Part shown: positions 18,437-27,650 of the stretch, piece by piece
Layout of the letters: the number at the start of each line of letters is the position of its first letter
How positions within the stretch are numbered: position 1 is the stretch's first letter
IMG/VR virus record: IMGVR_UViG_3300033069_001774
Location: 1-64,000 of that record
DNA length: 64,000 nucleotides
Reading direction: 5' to 3' (one strand)
Source of the DNA: a virus
Taxonomy: Duplodnaviria > Caudoviricetes
The notes under the pieces: model-generated
Seen by the model: the letters and a program-made list of their open reading frames with translations, nothing else
Database searches by the model: none
Told to the model about the DNA's origin: nothing
Made by a program: the position numbers and the translations under genes

Positions 18437-18511
18437 CGGGGCTGACCTGCACCTCAAGGCTCTCGCGAACGTGAGCCAGGCGATAATTCAGGTGTTTGAT
18501 CAGCCCCGTCA
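18434..18511 (+). ncRNA. Putative structured RNA (long interrupted hairpin)
   Basis: Perfect 12-bp TGACGGGGCTGA/TCAGCCCCGTCA; inner CACCT/AGGTG and GGCTC/GAGCC. Confidence 0.55.
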
Positions 18512-18520
18512 AAGTTTTCC

Positions 18521-18612
18521 GGATGCTTGCCCGAACGGTAAGAGACCAGCTTGCTAAGCTGAGGTCAGCCCCTCACAAGGCTGTGCAGGTTCGAGCCCTG
18601 CAGCATCCGCCA
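18521..18612 (+). tRNA. tRNA-Ser(GCT)
   Basis: GGATGCT/AGCATCC acceptor, loop TTGCTAA, long variable arm, GGTTCGAG, GCCA. Confidence 0.9.
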
Positions 18613-18614
18613 AT

Positions 18615-18698
18615 GAGGTACATGGGGAACTGGGGTTCCCGCTCGGTTGTAACCCGAGTGCTCCGGCTGGCAGAGTTCGATTCTCTGGTACCTCACCA
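18615..18698 (+). tRNA. tRNA-Tyr(GTA)
   Basis: GAGGTAC/GTACCTC acceptor, CTCGG-TTGTAAC-CCGAG, GTTCGATT, ACCA. Confidence 0.85.
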
Positions 18699-18898
18699 TT
18701 TTCATATTGCAGGCGCCACGTACGTACATAGACTGCGCCCCTCATTACAACTCTCCAACGCCAGGATGACCTGCGAGAGTTGCCCTATCTAATGGTGCGC
18801 AAGTGCCGCGGTATCTCCTGGGATCCGTAGCGGAGGCACACCAGACGCTAACTGGAATTAGCGGCAGTCGGTGGAAGCCCGACAACCACAAAGGATCT

Positions 18899-19016
18899 GG
18901 ATTCGGCGGAACTCGGGAACAGCAGTACCGCGTCGGTTGCAGCGGGGATCGTGACCCCAAGCTGAAGGGTGCAACTCCCTACAGCGCACGGTAGCAAAAG
19001 TCGACCCGCCGAATCC
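18899..19016 (+). ncRNA. Putative tRNA-like structured RNA
   Basis: Perfect 11-bp GGATTCGGCGG/CCGCCGAATCC; inner TACCG/CGGTA, a CAGC-GGGG..CCCC-GCTG arm and a T-arm-like AGGG-TGCAACT-CCCT. Confidence 0.55.
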
Positions 19017-19061
19017 CCTTCTCTTACTTGCAGCGTAAACAGCGGGCGGCTATCGTGGCGT

Positions 19062-19397
19062 ATGGAACAGCACACAGTCAATCTTCTAGGCACCGCTTCC
19101 GTCGGCGTGGCGGGTCCAACCACAGGCGCCGGCTTCCCGCGCGCCACGCACCGCCACCACATCTTTCAGATGATCCTGGGAGCCGGCGGCACACCCGTGG
19201 TGAAACTGGATTTCTCCATCAACGGTACGGACTGGCAGGAGTTCGCCACGCTTAGCAGCGCCGGGGCGCTCTACCGCATCGACACCAACACACCCTTTCC
19301 GTATGTGCGTGCGCGCCGCACCGATACCGATGCGCTCGACGCCAACAAGGTGCGCGTGCTGCTTCGCTCCGCCGGTGACGCAACCAACCTGATGTAA
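19062..19397 (+). CDS. Small beta-sandwich protein, possibly structural
   Basis: V.L..S.NG.DW...PFPYVRAR pattern. Confidence 0.6.
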   Translation: MEQHTVNLLGTASVGVAGPTTGAGFPRATHRHHIFQMILGAGGTPVVKLDFSINGTDWQEFATLSSAGALYRIDTNTPFPYVRARRTDTDALDANKVRVLLRSAGDATNLM

Positions 19398-19398
19398 A

Positions 19399-19584
19399 AT
19401 GTCCTGGGGTCTTGCCACACACCTGGTACGCGAACACGGGACTGCCTGCGGTATTCCCTCGGGAACTGTGCGCCCCACGTCGGACATCACCAAAGTAGAC
19501 TGTCTCAAATGCCGTAAGACCCGCTTGTTCCGCGGGCTGCGCAGCGAGGCACGCGCAAAACGCACCGCTCACCATGCGCACTAA
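19399..19584 (+). CDS. Small zinc-finger protein
   Basis: H...C....CLKC. Confidence 0.55.
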   Translation: MSWGLATHLVREHGTACGIPSGTVRPTSDITKVDCLKCRKTRLFRGLRSEARAKRTAHHAH

Positions 19585-21424
19585 AGCCATCAACCTGCTG
19601 GTCGACAACGCACTGCCCGAAGACATGCGCGATCCTGCGCGACAACTGGACGCCAAGAGCGTCGGGCGCATGCTGCACATGGTCGCATCTTTCCATCCGG
19701 AGAAGTATGCCGAGATCACCAAGAACATCGGCGACATCGGGCGGCACGCTGCTTACTGGCGCGGCGCCACCATCGGTCTCGACGACCTCGAAGATCCCAT
19801 CGACACGCAGCACGCATTGCGGGAGATGGATAAACAGGAAGCTGCGCTCCGTAAAAAGCTGGTCAACGACCCTGAGGGTTTCAAGGAAGCGCGAGAAGCG
19901 CTATGGCACCGCACGGCCGCCACACTCGAGCGGGAGTCGATGGGCGCGGCCCTGCACAAGAATAACTCCATCGGCTTGGCGGTTGCCTCTGGTGCGCGCG
20001 GTAAACCCCTGCAGCTGCGAAGCATGTTGTCCACCCCGGCAGTGTTCGCAGACAGCCGGGGCCGCACGATCCCTATCTTCGCACGGCGCTCGTATAGTCA
20101 AGGTGTGTCACCTGCTGAGTTCCTGGCGGGCACGCACGGCGCACGTACGTCGGTTATCGCCACCAAGCGTGCCACGGCCAAGGGTGGTTTCCTCAGCAAG
20201 GTGCTGGTGCAGAACGCCGGCAACTTGGTGGTCACGGAGGAAGATTGCGGCACGCACAACGGTATCGACGTCGACGCCAGTGACCCCACCATCAAGCTGC
20301 GCTTTCTGGCGCAGGACGCTGCAGGATTAAAGTCCGGCGACTTGCTGGATCGCAAGGCCTCCGCCAGGCTGGCTGACCGCCACAACGGCACGTTGTTGGT
20401 GCGCAGTGCTCTAACCTGCGAATCTCCGCGCGGTGTCTGTGCTAAATGCATTGGGGCGGATCCTCGCGGTAAGCTGCGCCCCATCGGGTTTGCAGCCGGC
20501 GTTACAGCAGGCCAGGCGATCGGTGAGCCGATTACGCAAGGCGCGCTCAACACCAAGCACGTCTCCGGTGCTGCCTCCGCCAAGAAAGAGTTCTCCGGGT
20601 TCGACGTGATCAACCGCTTCGTGCAGGTGCCCGACGAATTCCCTGACCGTGCACCGGTGGCGGAAGAAAGCGGCAATGTGGTGGTCAACAAGGCGCCGCA
20701 AGGCGGGCACTATGTTCGCGTGGGTGAGACCGAGCATTACGTTCCCGCCGGTGTCGAGCTGCGCGTTAAAACGCACGACGTCGTGGAGAAAGGCGATGTG
20801 CTGGCCGACGGTCTCGCACGCGCGGATGACATCGTCCGTCTGCGCGGGTTGGGATCTGGCCGCCGCTACTACGCGGAGCGCCTGAGTAAAATTCTGGAGG
20901 ACAGCGGCATGACACCAGACCGCCGCAACGTCGAGATGATTGCGCGTGCCGCCATCAACCACGTGCGCATTGAGGATCCTGATCTAGCGGGCGATGGTGT
21001 TCTGCCCGACGACGTCGTGCCGTACTCCGACATGATACACAGCATTCAAGCTCCCGACGACGCCACTTACGACGCGCCGGACAAAGCTCACGGGCGCTAC
21101 CTTTACGCACCGGCGCTGCACTACACAGTGGGCACGCAGCTCACACCGCGCATGGGCAAGCGCATCAAAGACGCAGGTATCACCAATGTGTTTACCAGCC
21201 CTAAAGCGCCAGGCTTCCATGCGGACATGACGCGCCTGCAGACCGCGACACACGCCAACCCGGACTGGCTCGCCTCGCTGAATACCTCCTACCTGCAGAA
21301 GCAAGTGACGGAGCGCGCCATGCGCGGCCAGGACACCAACATCGACGCCAACATCAACTACGCTCCGCGCTTGGCCGTTGGAGAAAACTTTGGCGTAAAG
21401 TCAAAAACTACAGGAATGTTCTGA
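19574..21424 (+). CDS. rpoC: Phage DNA-directed RNA polymerase beta' subunit, C-terminal part (split subunit)
   Basis: SGARG, GAR...TA..G.L (bridge helix), EEDCGT, VRS.LTC...GVC.KC.G (Zn site), GQAIGEPITQ..L.TKH (trigger loop). No NADFDGD motif. Confidence 0.9.
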   Translation: MRTKAINLLVDNALPEDMRDPARQLDAKSVGRMLHMVASFHPEKYAEITKNIGDIGRHAAYWRGATIGLDDLEDPIDTQHALREMDKQEAALRKKLVNDPEGFKEAREALWHRTAATLERESMGAALHKNNSIGLAVASGARGKPLQLRSMLSTPAVFADSRGRTIPIFARRSYSQGVSPAEFLAGTHGARTSVIATKRATAKGGFLSKVLVQNAGNLVVTEEDCGTHNGIDVDASDPTIKLRFLAQDAAGLKSGDLLDRKASARLADRHNGTLLVRSALTCESPRGVCAKCIGADPRGKLRPIGFAAGVTAGQAIGEPITQGALNTKHVSGAASAKKEFSGFDVINRFVQVPDEFPDRAPVAEESGNVVVNKAPQGGHYVRVGETEHYVPAGVELRVKTHDVVEKGDVLADGLARADDIVRLRGLGSGRRYYAERLSKILEDSGMTPDRRNVEMIARAAINHVRIEDPDLAGDGVLPDDVVPYSDMIHSIQAPDDATYDAPDKAHGRYLYAPALHYTVGTQLTPRMGKRIKDAGITNVFTSPKAPGFHADMTRLQTATHANPDWLASLNTSYLQKQVTERAMRGQDTNIDANINYAPRLAVGENFGVKSKTTGMF

Positions 21425-21427
21425 CAT

Positions 21428-22312
21428 ATGATCGCGCGCTCTCCTGATTTCGAAAAACTGGCAGCTTTGATGAGCACGACGTCGCTGACGCCTGGCACCG
21501 CCGTGAACGGATGGGGCAAACCTGTGGCAAAGCGCAACACCGTGCCAGTCACGAACGCTGCCATCAAACTGGCGATGACCAAGCAGGCGGGACCGATGCA
21601 GTTCGCAAGCAAGATGATGTCGAAAGTTCCGGTGCTCGGTCGCATGTTCCGCGGCGGTGCAGCTGGTGCCACGGCTGGCATCCGCCCGCCCAATCCATTC
21701 TCGGCCGGCGGGCCATCCTCATTCACCGCACCTGGAGCCGCAGGAGCGCCAGGCTTGCTGTCCCGCGCGTTCACCGGCACCCGCAACTGGGTAAACAGCA
21801 CCAAGGCGCCCGGGAACATCACAAAGTTTGCGCTTCCTGCCATGTTCCTCGGCCAGGCGGCCAATGGCATGCTCGGCACCTACGCGACCAGCCGCGGTAT
21901 GACCGACTGGGCCAGCGGTTTTGCCGACGGCGGTGCAAACGCACTGGGTGCCTACGCAAACGCGACACCGTTTCAGCGCTTCCTTGGTGCCATCGCACCT
22001 GACGCCATGGTGAATGAAGGCTTGAAGATGAAGCAGCAGGCCATGCCTTGGCTGGCACGTCTGATGGGTGGTGATCACTACCTCAACCGTACGGCCGAAG
22101 GCTATAAGCGCATCACTGAGGCGGCCCGTGCGGGCAAGCCCTTGCGTGGCATGGACAAGCTCGCACCAGTGGGTGGCATGTCGCAGTACACGCAAGGCCC
22201 CAACTTGGGCGATTACGGGCAGCAGCTGACCGCGCTACAGCAACAAATCGCCAGCCTCGGGCAGCAACTACAGCGCGGTGTCGGCGCATCGGCCTTGCCA
22301 CCTGCAATGTAA
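21428..22312 (+). CDS. Gly/Ala-rich putative virion-internal protein
   Basis: K-x-A motifs (EKLAA, IKLA, TKQAG); position in the head module. Confidence 0.6.
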   Translation: MIARSPDFEKLAALMSTTSLTPGTAVNGWGKPVAKRNTVPVTNAAIKLAMTKQAGPMQFASKMMSKVPVLGRMFRGGAAGATAGIRPPNPFSAGGPSSFTAPGAAGAPGLLSRAFTGTRNWVNSTKAPGNITKFALPAMFLGQAANGMLGTYATSRGMTDWASGFADGGANALGAYANATPFQRFLGAIAPDAMVNEGLKMKQQAMPWLARLMGGDHYLNRTAEGYKRITEAARAGKPLRGMDKLAPVGGMSQYTQGPNLGDYGQQLTALQQQIASLGQQLQRGVGASALPPAM

Positions 22313-22338
22313 GCGCGCATCTTTTACGCACTCCTTAT

Positions 22339-24741
22339 ATGTCCTCTCATTCCCTCTTCCGCAACGAACTGCGCAAAGCAGCCGCCACCATGACCGCCGA
22401 CGACCGGGAGGTGGAACGCGCGTTCGCCGACCAGGGCTACACGGCCATCATCAACAAGTCAGGCCCGCTCATGGACGAGGCACATCGTCTCGGCTTTGAG
22501 ATTGTGCAGAAGAATGACGACAACACACGCCTCATGGGTATCTGGGCGTTTCGCCTGGGCCGCTCCAACAAGGACCAGCTGGCTTACGTGCCGCTCTGCT
22601 TCGTCAATGGCAAGGTGCAGGGCTCGGATCTCCTCTATCGTGTCGGCCCCAAGAAGTTTGTGGGTAACACCCCCGACTGGGCGCGCTTCCTCATCGAGCA
22701 GAGTTTCCAGACCGCCGGCTCCCCGATCGACCGCTCCGAAGCGGGCAAAACCGGTCCGATGTTTTACGGCGACCGCATGCTGCGCACCCCGGCGGCATTC
22801 GCCAAGATGTCGCATGCTGCGGCTGCTGATCATCGCGGCGCTTGGGCCAAACAGGTCAGCGCCGAGTTCATCAAGATGTCCGCCGAGCGCCAAGGCGAAT
22901 GGCGCGAGCAGCTGCATGACATGTGCCGCAAGGTTGCCACCGAAGGCATCCTCAGCCACTTCATGCGCAACTACGGCGGCCTGCGTGCCATCAACGAGTT
23001 GGAACGCTGGGTCGATGCTTCCCCAAAATTCGCGCGCGCTTTGGCACTCAAGCTGCCGGCCGACGCCTGGCTGCACGAGGACATCATCACTGCGGACATG
23101 CAGCGCAAGCAGGCCGCAGCCGCTGACCCTGCGACGCTGGTGTTGTTCACCGGCCAGCCCACAGCGGAGATCCTGAGCAAGGCCAAGGACCGCACCAAAG
23201 TGGCGAGCGACCTGTACTCCAAAGGCTACGCTTTCGAAGAACAGCTCGAAGACCGACAGGAAGTGCCGGACAGCAAGACCATCGTCTATGGCGAATCAGG
23301 CCTCAATCTGAGCAGCCCGCTGGAGCCTGGCGTTTACGATGTCATGCTCTCCGGCGGCGACACGATCCGCGCCGTTGTGGGTTACTCGAAAGACGGCTAC
23401 GACATCGGCGACCGCACCGGACAGTGCAATAAAGTGGATAGTTGCTACCCTCCTGGTCACGACTCGCTGCGCTACTTGGCTGTGATCTCCCTGGAGAAGG
23501 ACAACACCAAGGGTCACATGTACCGCGGCAACAATGAGGTCTGGGCGCTGCAGGGCTCCGACGCTCCGCTGTCCACCGCCGGTGAGCCTATTATCGACGC
23601 ACCATCCAAGGTGGGGTTCTTCGTGGACCCCGACACCGGTGGTGTGTTCGGTCCGGTGGAAATCGTGGACAAGGAATCCGTGGGCGGTGTGACACACATC
23701 GGCTTTGTCACATTCCGCACAGACACACCAGAAGGTCACAAGCGCGTGCTCGTGGTCAATCCCGACCTCGAAGTCAACAACCTCAAGGAAGGCTACGCCA
23801 ATCCGTCGCTGCGCTTCGTGGCGGTGGAGCCGTTGCCCGCAGAGCGTGCGGACAAGGACACCTGCTGCCCGACTTCGTCGTCGTGGGAGTTTAAGCACTT
23901 CGTCCCCGGCGACGGTGGCGACGTGCACAAGCTCATGATCGACGACATCACGTTGGAGGATCGCTACAAGAAGGCCAGCATCCACGCCACGTCGGATTTC
24001 GATGGCACGCCGCTTTACACATTGACGGTGGGGAACCGCACTACGCTGCCAGGAACCAAACTGGCCATGTTGGTTAAACTGGCCGGGCAGCTGGCGATCG
24101 ATCCCGCAGCCGCGGAAGAAATGTTGAGTGCGGTGAAGCCGGACACCACGAAGTCGTGGACGATCGAGCTCCCCACCAAGCTTGCGTCGTCGATGCTGCA
24201 GCTGATGGACGCTCCACGCTGGGAGCAGCACATGGACAACGTGCAGAACGTGCCCATGGAGGTGCCGCAGGCGCAGGTGCTGCGCAGCGTGCGCAATCCT
24301 ATCTACCGCCCCGCTTCCCGCATCGGTGACAAGTATGATCCCGCCAAGGGTGTGGAGAACGTCAATGACGACGGCAATGGCGACCACGTCCCTGCGCGCA
24401 TCATCATGAGCGGCTCCCCCGAGGAGATCGCGCAGTATGCGGAGGTCAACAGCCTGCCGCACGTCTTCGACCACGGTATCGTGGCTAGCTTGGCGCGCAC
24501 GTATGACATGACGCATGCACTCGACCAGTACCTGCCGAAGATGGAAGACGGCCTGGATGCGCTCGGCCGCGCCCTGCTTCTCTTCTACTGGAAGCCAGAG
24601 GACTGGAAGGATCTCTACGGCGGCGATGACCGGTCCGAACTCGAGGGTCAGCTGCTCAGCTCTTTCAAGGGGTTCGCCGATCTGCTGCTTGACCTGCTGA
24701 AACGTTCGTCTCACAATGCGCGTCACCCCGCCAATGCGTAG
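22339..24741 (+). CDS. Large putative virion or head protein
   Basis: 800-aa ORF with several K-x-A motifs. Confidence 0.7.
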   Translation: MSSHSLFRNELRKAAATMTADDREVERAFADQGYTAIINKSGPLMDEAHRLGFEIVQKNDDNTRLMGIWAFRLGRSNKDQLAYVPLCFVNGKVQGSDLLYRVGPKKFVGNTPDWARFLIEQSFQTAGSPIDRSEAGKTGPMFYGDRMLRTPAAFAKMSHAAAADHRGAWAKQVSAEFIKMSAERQGEWREQLHDMCRKVATEGILSHFMRNYGGLRAINELERWVDASPKFARALALKLPADAWLHEDIITADMQRKQAAAADPATLVLFTGQPTAEILSKAKDRTKVASDLYSKGYAFEEQLEDRQEVPDSKTIVYGESGLNLSSPLEPGVYDVMLSGGDTIRAVVGYSKDGYDIGDRTGQCNKVDSCYPPGHDSLRYLAVISLEKDNTKGHMYRGNNEVWALQGSDAPLSTAGEPIIDAPSKVGFFVDPDTGGVFGPVEIVDKESVGGVTHIGFVTFRTDTPEGHKRVLVVNPDLEVNNLKEGYANPSLRFVAVEPLPAERADKDTCCPTSSSWEFKHFVPGDGGDVHKLMIDDITLEDRYKKASIHATSDFDGTPLYTLTVGNRTTLPGTKLAMLVKLAGQLAIDPAAAEEMLSAVKPDTTKSWTIELPTKLASSMLQLMDAPRWEQHMDNVQNVPMEVPQAQVLRSVRNPIYRPASRIGDKYDPAKGVENVNDDGNGDHVPARIIMSGSPEEIAQYAEVNSLPHVFDHGIVASLARTYDMTHALDQYLPKMEDGLDALGRALLLFYWKPEDWKDLYGGDDRSELEGQLLSSFKGFADLLLDLLKRSSHNARHPANA

Positions 24742-24753
24742 GGGCTCCGCGCA

Positions 24754-25644
24754 ATGACGTACGAAACGATTCAAAACCTGGTCGAATATCTGCCTGATGA
24801 ACTGCTGGGGGCCATGCGCCACAACGGGCGCGTGGACATCCACCCCGATGCGCTGGAGGCTGACCCAAAGTCTGAGAAGTTCATCATCGCCCTGAGCTGC
24901 ATGGACTTCGGCTGGCAGCTGGTGCGCACGCTGGCGGACTACCAGATTCCTTTCCCGGGCGGGTTGATCGTGGGTGACGATGAGATGCTTTTCCGTGCCT
25001 ATATGTACCGCACGAATCAGCGGCGCTACAGTACTCCTGCCATCAGCCAGGCCATGGCGCTGGCGGCGCCCAGCATGGCTTCAGTGCGTGCGGGGTTGGA
25101 GGGGTGCTTGCTGGCACCAAACGCCACGGTGGCCAGCGCAGCCAAACTGACAGGGCTGCAGCGGGACACTGTCGCCGCCTATGAGAAGTTGTTCTTCAAT
25201 GTGCTCGATCGCAAAGACGACGTGATGTATCTGCAGCGCATCGTATATCCGCACGGACGCATGGTGGAGCTGATGGACAACTACATCCAGCAGACGGCGC
25301 TGACGGATCTCTGCCGCCGCGCCGGCTACAACAATGGCGCTGAGGATGTCATGTTCTTTATGGGAGCCAGTAACAACGCGCTGGAAGCCTTGTTGCAAGC
25401 GGCCAGCGCCAAGCAGCTGGAAAGCATGATCATGGCGTTCGGTCTGCTGCTCGCCCGGAACGGTGGCATGAATCAGCAGCAGGCATTGCCCGCACTGACC
25501 AACGCAAAACAGCTGCTCACCGCAGGCAAGCTGGGCGGTGAAGTGAATCAGGAGCATGCACTGTCCAGCGATCTGTCGGAAACGCTGCGTCGAGAGATTT
25601 CGCAGTATGGCAGAGCAGCGGAAGCTATGGCATCGATGCAATAG
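24754..25644 (+). CDS. Hypothetical protein
   Basis: 296-aa ORF in a co-oriented run. Confidence 0.7.
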   Translation: MTYETIQNLVEYLPDELLGAMRHNGRVDIHPDALEADPKSEKFIIALSCMDFGWQLVRTLADYQIPFPGGLIVGDDEMLFRAYMYRTNQRRYSTPAISQAMALAAPSMASVRAGLEGCLLAPNATVASAAKLTGLQRDTVAAYEKLFFNVLDRKDDVMYLQRIVYPHGRMVELMDNYIQQTALTDLCRRAGYNNGAEDVMFFMGASNNALEALLQAASAKQLESMIMAFGLLLARNGGMNQQQALPALTNAKQLLTAGKLGGEVNQEHALSSDLSETLRREISQYGRAAEAMASMQ

Positions 25645-25682
25645 CGTTTGCGCGCTCCGTGTCTGTGCCGCAAATTTAACGC

Positions 25683-27254
25683 ATGGATGCTTCTGAAATC
25701 GAACGCGCTTTGGTCTCGCTGATCCCCGCCATTAAGCGGGATGGGGCGGAGGATGCGCTGTTAAAATATGCGAGCGATCGAAACCTGGCACCGGCACAGC
25801 TGGAGCACTTGGGTCGCGCCTATAACCGTGTGCTGGTCATCGCACACACCAAAACAGCCAAGACGCAGGAGCAGCGAGGCGACGATGTGGCCATCGTGGA
25901 TACCGGAAAGCTGGTGGACCGTTACATGGACACCGATTCCGACTTGCACAAGAACACCAAAGAGGCTGGTTTTAAAGCCATGCCGGGAAATTACCGCTCG
26001 TACTCTGTGGGTGATGCATTCCGCGACAAGAGCGCAGGAGTTACGGACCTGGATGGCTGGGCCGAATTCGATGCTCTGGACGACACAAACCCAGAGGCCA
26101 CGAACAGTTATGCCAAAATGGCGTCCTGCCCCGCACAGCTTGGGGAGGACGACGACTTTCTGCTACAGCACGCCGACGAGATGCGCGATGCAGCGCTGCG
26201 CACATGGGAAGCCGGCATCGTGAAGCTAGCCAACGTCGCCATCCTCCCGGATGATTTTGTCATGGTGTCGCACGATGTTGCACAGCTCAGCCCGCCTGTG
26301 GGGCGGCATATCGCAGCGGCTGTCAGTGCCAAGCTGGCGTCGTTGCGTCTGGCGTGGCATGAACCCGCGCCGGCCGATACGCGCGACTTTTTCGTCGATC
26401 GCAAGAAGCTTGCCTCTACCGTGGCGCAGCTGGAAGACGCATGGTTCGAGCACACCGCCTGTGTGGAAGTGGCTTCATCAATCAAGGCGGCGGCAAAAGC
26501 CCCACGTGGGCGCCCGCTCGCGTCTCTGACAGAAGACGAGCCGGAAAGCTCATCTCCCGCCACGCTGGATCCGCAAGGGTCTAAACTGCTGGACGACGTG
26601 TTTAACGCAACCGACGACCAGGGCCCCAAGGCTGACGCGTTTCAGGATCGCCTGAACGGCGGCAAGGACAACAAAGACAACAAGGGCACGCCGCACTCGT
26701 TGGACACACGCATGCAGACGGAAAGCGCACTGCGCGGTAATCCGTCACGCAACGTCGCATGGTCGCCGGAGCTGAAAGACGAGGAAGACAAAGATTCGCT
26801 GGCTGGTATCGGGGGTGCTATGGGTGCGCCGCTGGACACCGCAGGCACCGGGCTGCAGCGCATCATGCAAGCCATCGCCGATTACAACCCGCAGGATCGC
26901 GGGCTCGGCGCCGCCCGAGGGCTGAGCGATCTCATCGCCGATCCTCGTGCCCGGGCGACCAGCCAGTTGCAGAGTCGTGTGCGCACCATGAAGGAGCGCG
27001 CCACGTTGCAGCGTCTGCTGCTTTCTGATCCCGTCATCAGCAAGCACTCTCCTGCGGATGTTGTTGAGGCCTTCAACACCATTCGGTCTGTGAACCCCGC
27101 CGCCGCCGCGGACATCAATCTCGCACGCTTGTTGGTGCGTGAATCGCTGGGTTATCAGGGCACCCCGATCCAGACTGTGTCCCAGTTGGCCACCATCAAC
27201 AAATCCATGCAGGGTGACGCTCCCGCCAAACCAAAACCTGCCGCACCACGATGA
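25683..27254 (+). CDS. Putative virion or head protein
   Basis: 523 aa with many K-x-A motifs. Confidence 0.7.
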   Translation: MDASEIERALVSLIPAIKRDGAEDALLKYASDRNLAPAQLEHLGRAYNRVLVIAHTKTAKTQEQRGDDVAIVDTGKLVDRYMDTDSDLHKNTKEAGFKAMPGNYRSYSVGDAFRDKSAGVTDLDGWAEFDALDDTNPEATNSYAKMASCPAQLGEDDDFLLQHADEMRDAALRTWEAGIVKLANVAILPDDFVMVSHDVAQLSPPVGRHIAAAVSAKLASLRLAWHEPAPADTRDFFVDRKKLASTVAQLEDAWFEHTACVEVASSIKAAAKAPRGRPLASLTEDEPESSSPATLDPQGSKLLDDVFNATDDQGPKADAFQDRLNGGKDNKDNKGTPHSLDTRMQTESALRGNPSRNVAWSPELKDEEDKDSLAGIGGAMGAPLDTAGTGLQRIMQAIADYNPQDRGLGAARGLSDLIADPRARATSQLQSRVRTMKERATLQRLLLSDPVISKHSPADVVEAFNTIRSVNPAAAADINLARLLVRESLGYQGTPIQTVSQLATINKSMQGDAPAKPKPAAPR

Positions 27255-27646
27255 ACATCAATTTGGAAATGTTTCCCACCGACCGCGTGTACCGCGCGCA
27301 AGTCAGCCTGGCTTCGCGCTTTGGTGTCACACCGGCGGAGGTCGAACGCTTGGACCAGTTCGGACCGCTGCTTATCAACATCGGCGGAGCCATCGTGGCC
27401 GAGAATGAAACGACGGTGGCGACGCTGCCGTCCACCCAAGTCGCCGTGCCTATCGATCTGCCGATCTCCAAAGATTTCAGCATCGACGACTACGTGGCCG
27501 GCGAAGGCACTTACGCAGCTGACGTTGTTGCTGCTGCGTGGTTGTACCAGATGAAGTTGCGCATCAACGCCGCGCTGGTCACCATGAACGCGTTACCGCG
27601 CACGCTGCCAAGCGTGGTCACTGTAACCCTCCCTCTGCCCGCCTGA
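27251..27646 (+). CDS. Hypothetical structural protein
   Basis: ATGA-coupled ORF. Confidence 0.65.
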   Translation: MNINLEMFPTDRVYRAQVSLASRFGVTPAEVERLDQFGPLLINIGGAIVAENETTVATLPSTQVAVPIDLPISKDFSIDDYVAGEGTYAADVVAAAWLYQMKLRINAALVTMNALPRTLPSVVTVTLPLPA

Positions 27647-27650
27647 TTTT

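Noticed and set aside
18438-18910. tmRNA (GGGGCTGA at 18438; GATCTGGATTCGGCGG at about 18894)
   Set aside because: Each motif is consumed by a local stem, two tRNAs intervene, and I found no tag ORF or matching T-arm/CCA end.
19574-21424. Host rpoC locus or pseudogene
   Set aside because: The ORF is intact with its own N-terminus, lies in a phage context, and has no rpoB or ribosomal protein neighbours.
23296-24843. Long minus-strand ORFs, here and at 1217-2275, 8232-9290 and 35765-36958
   Set aside because: They are antisense shadows of GC-rich + strand genes and contain no recognisable motifs.
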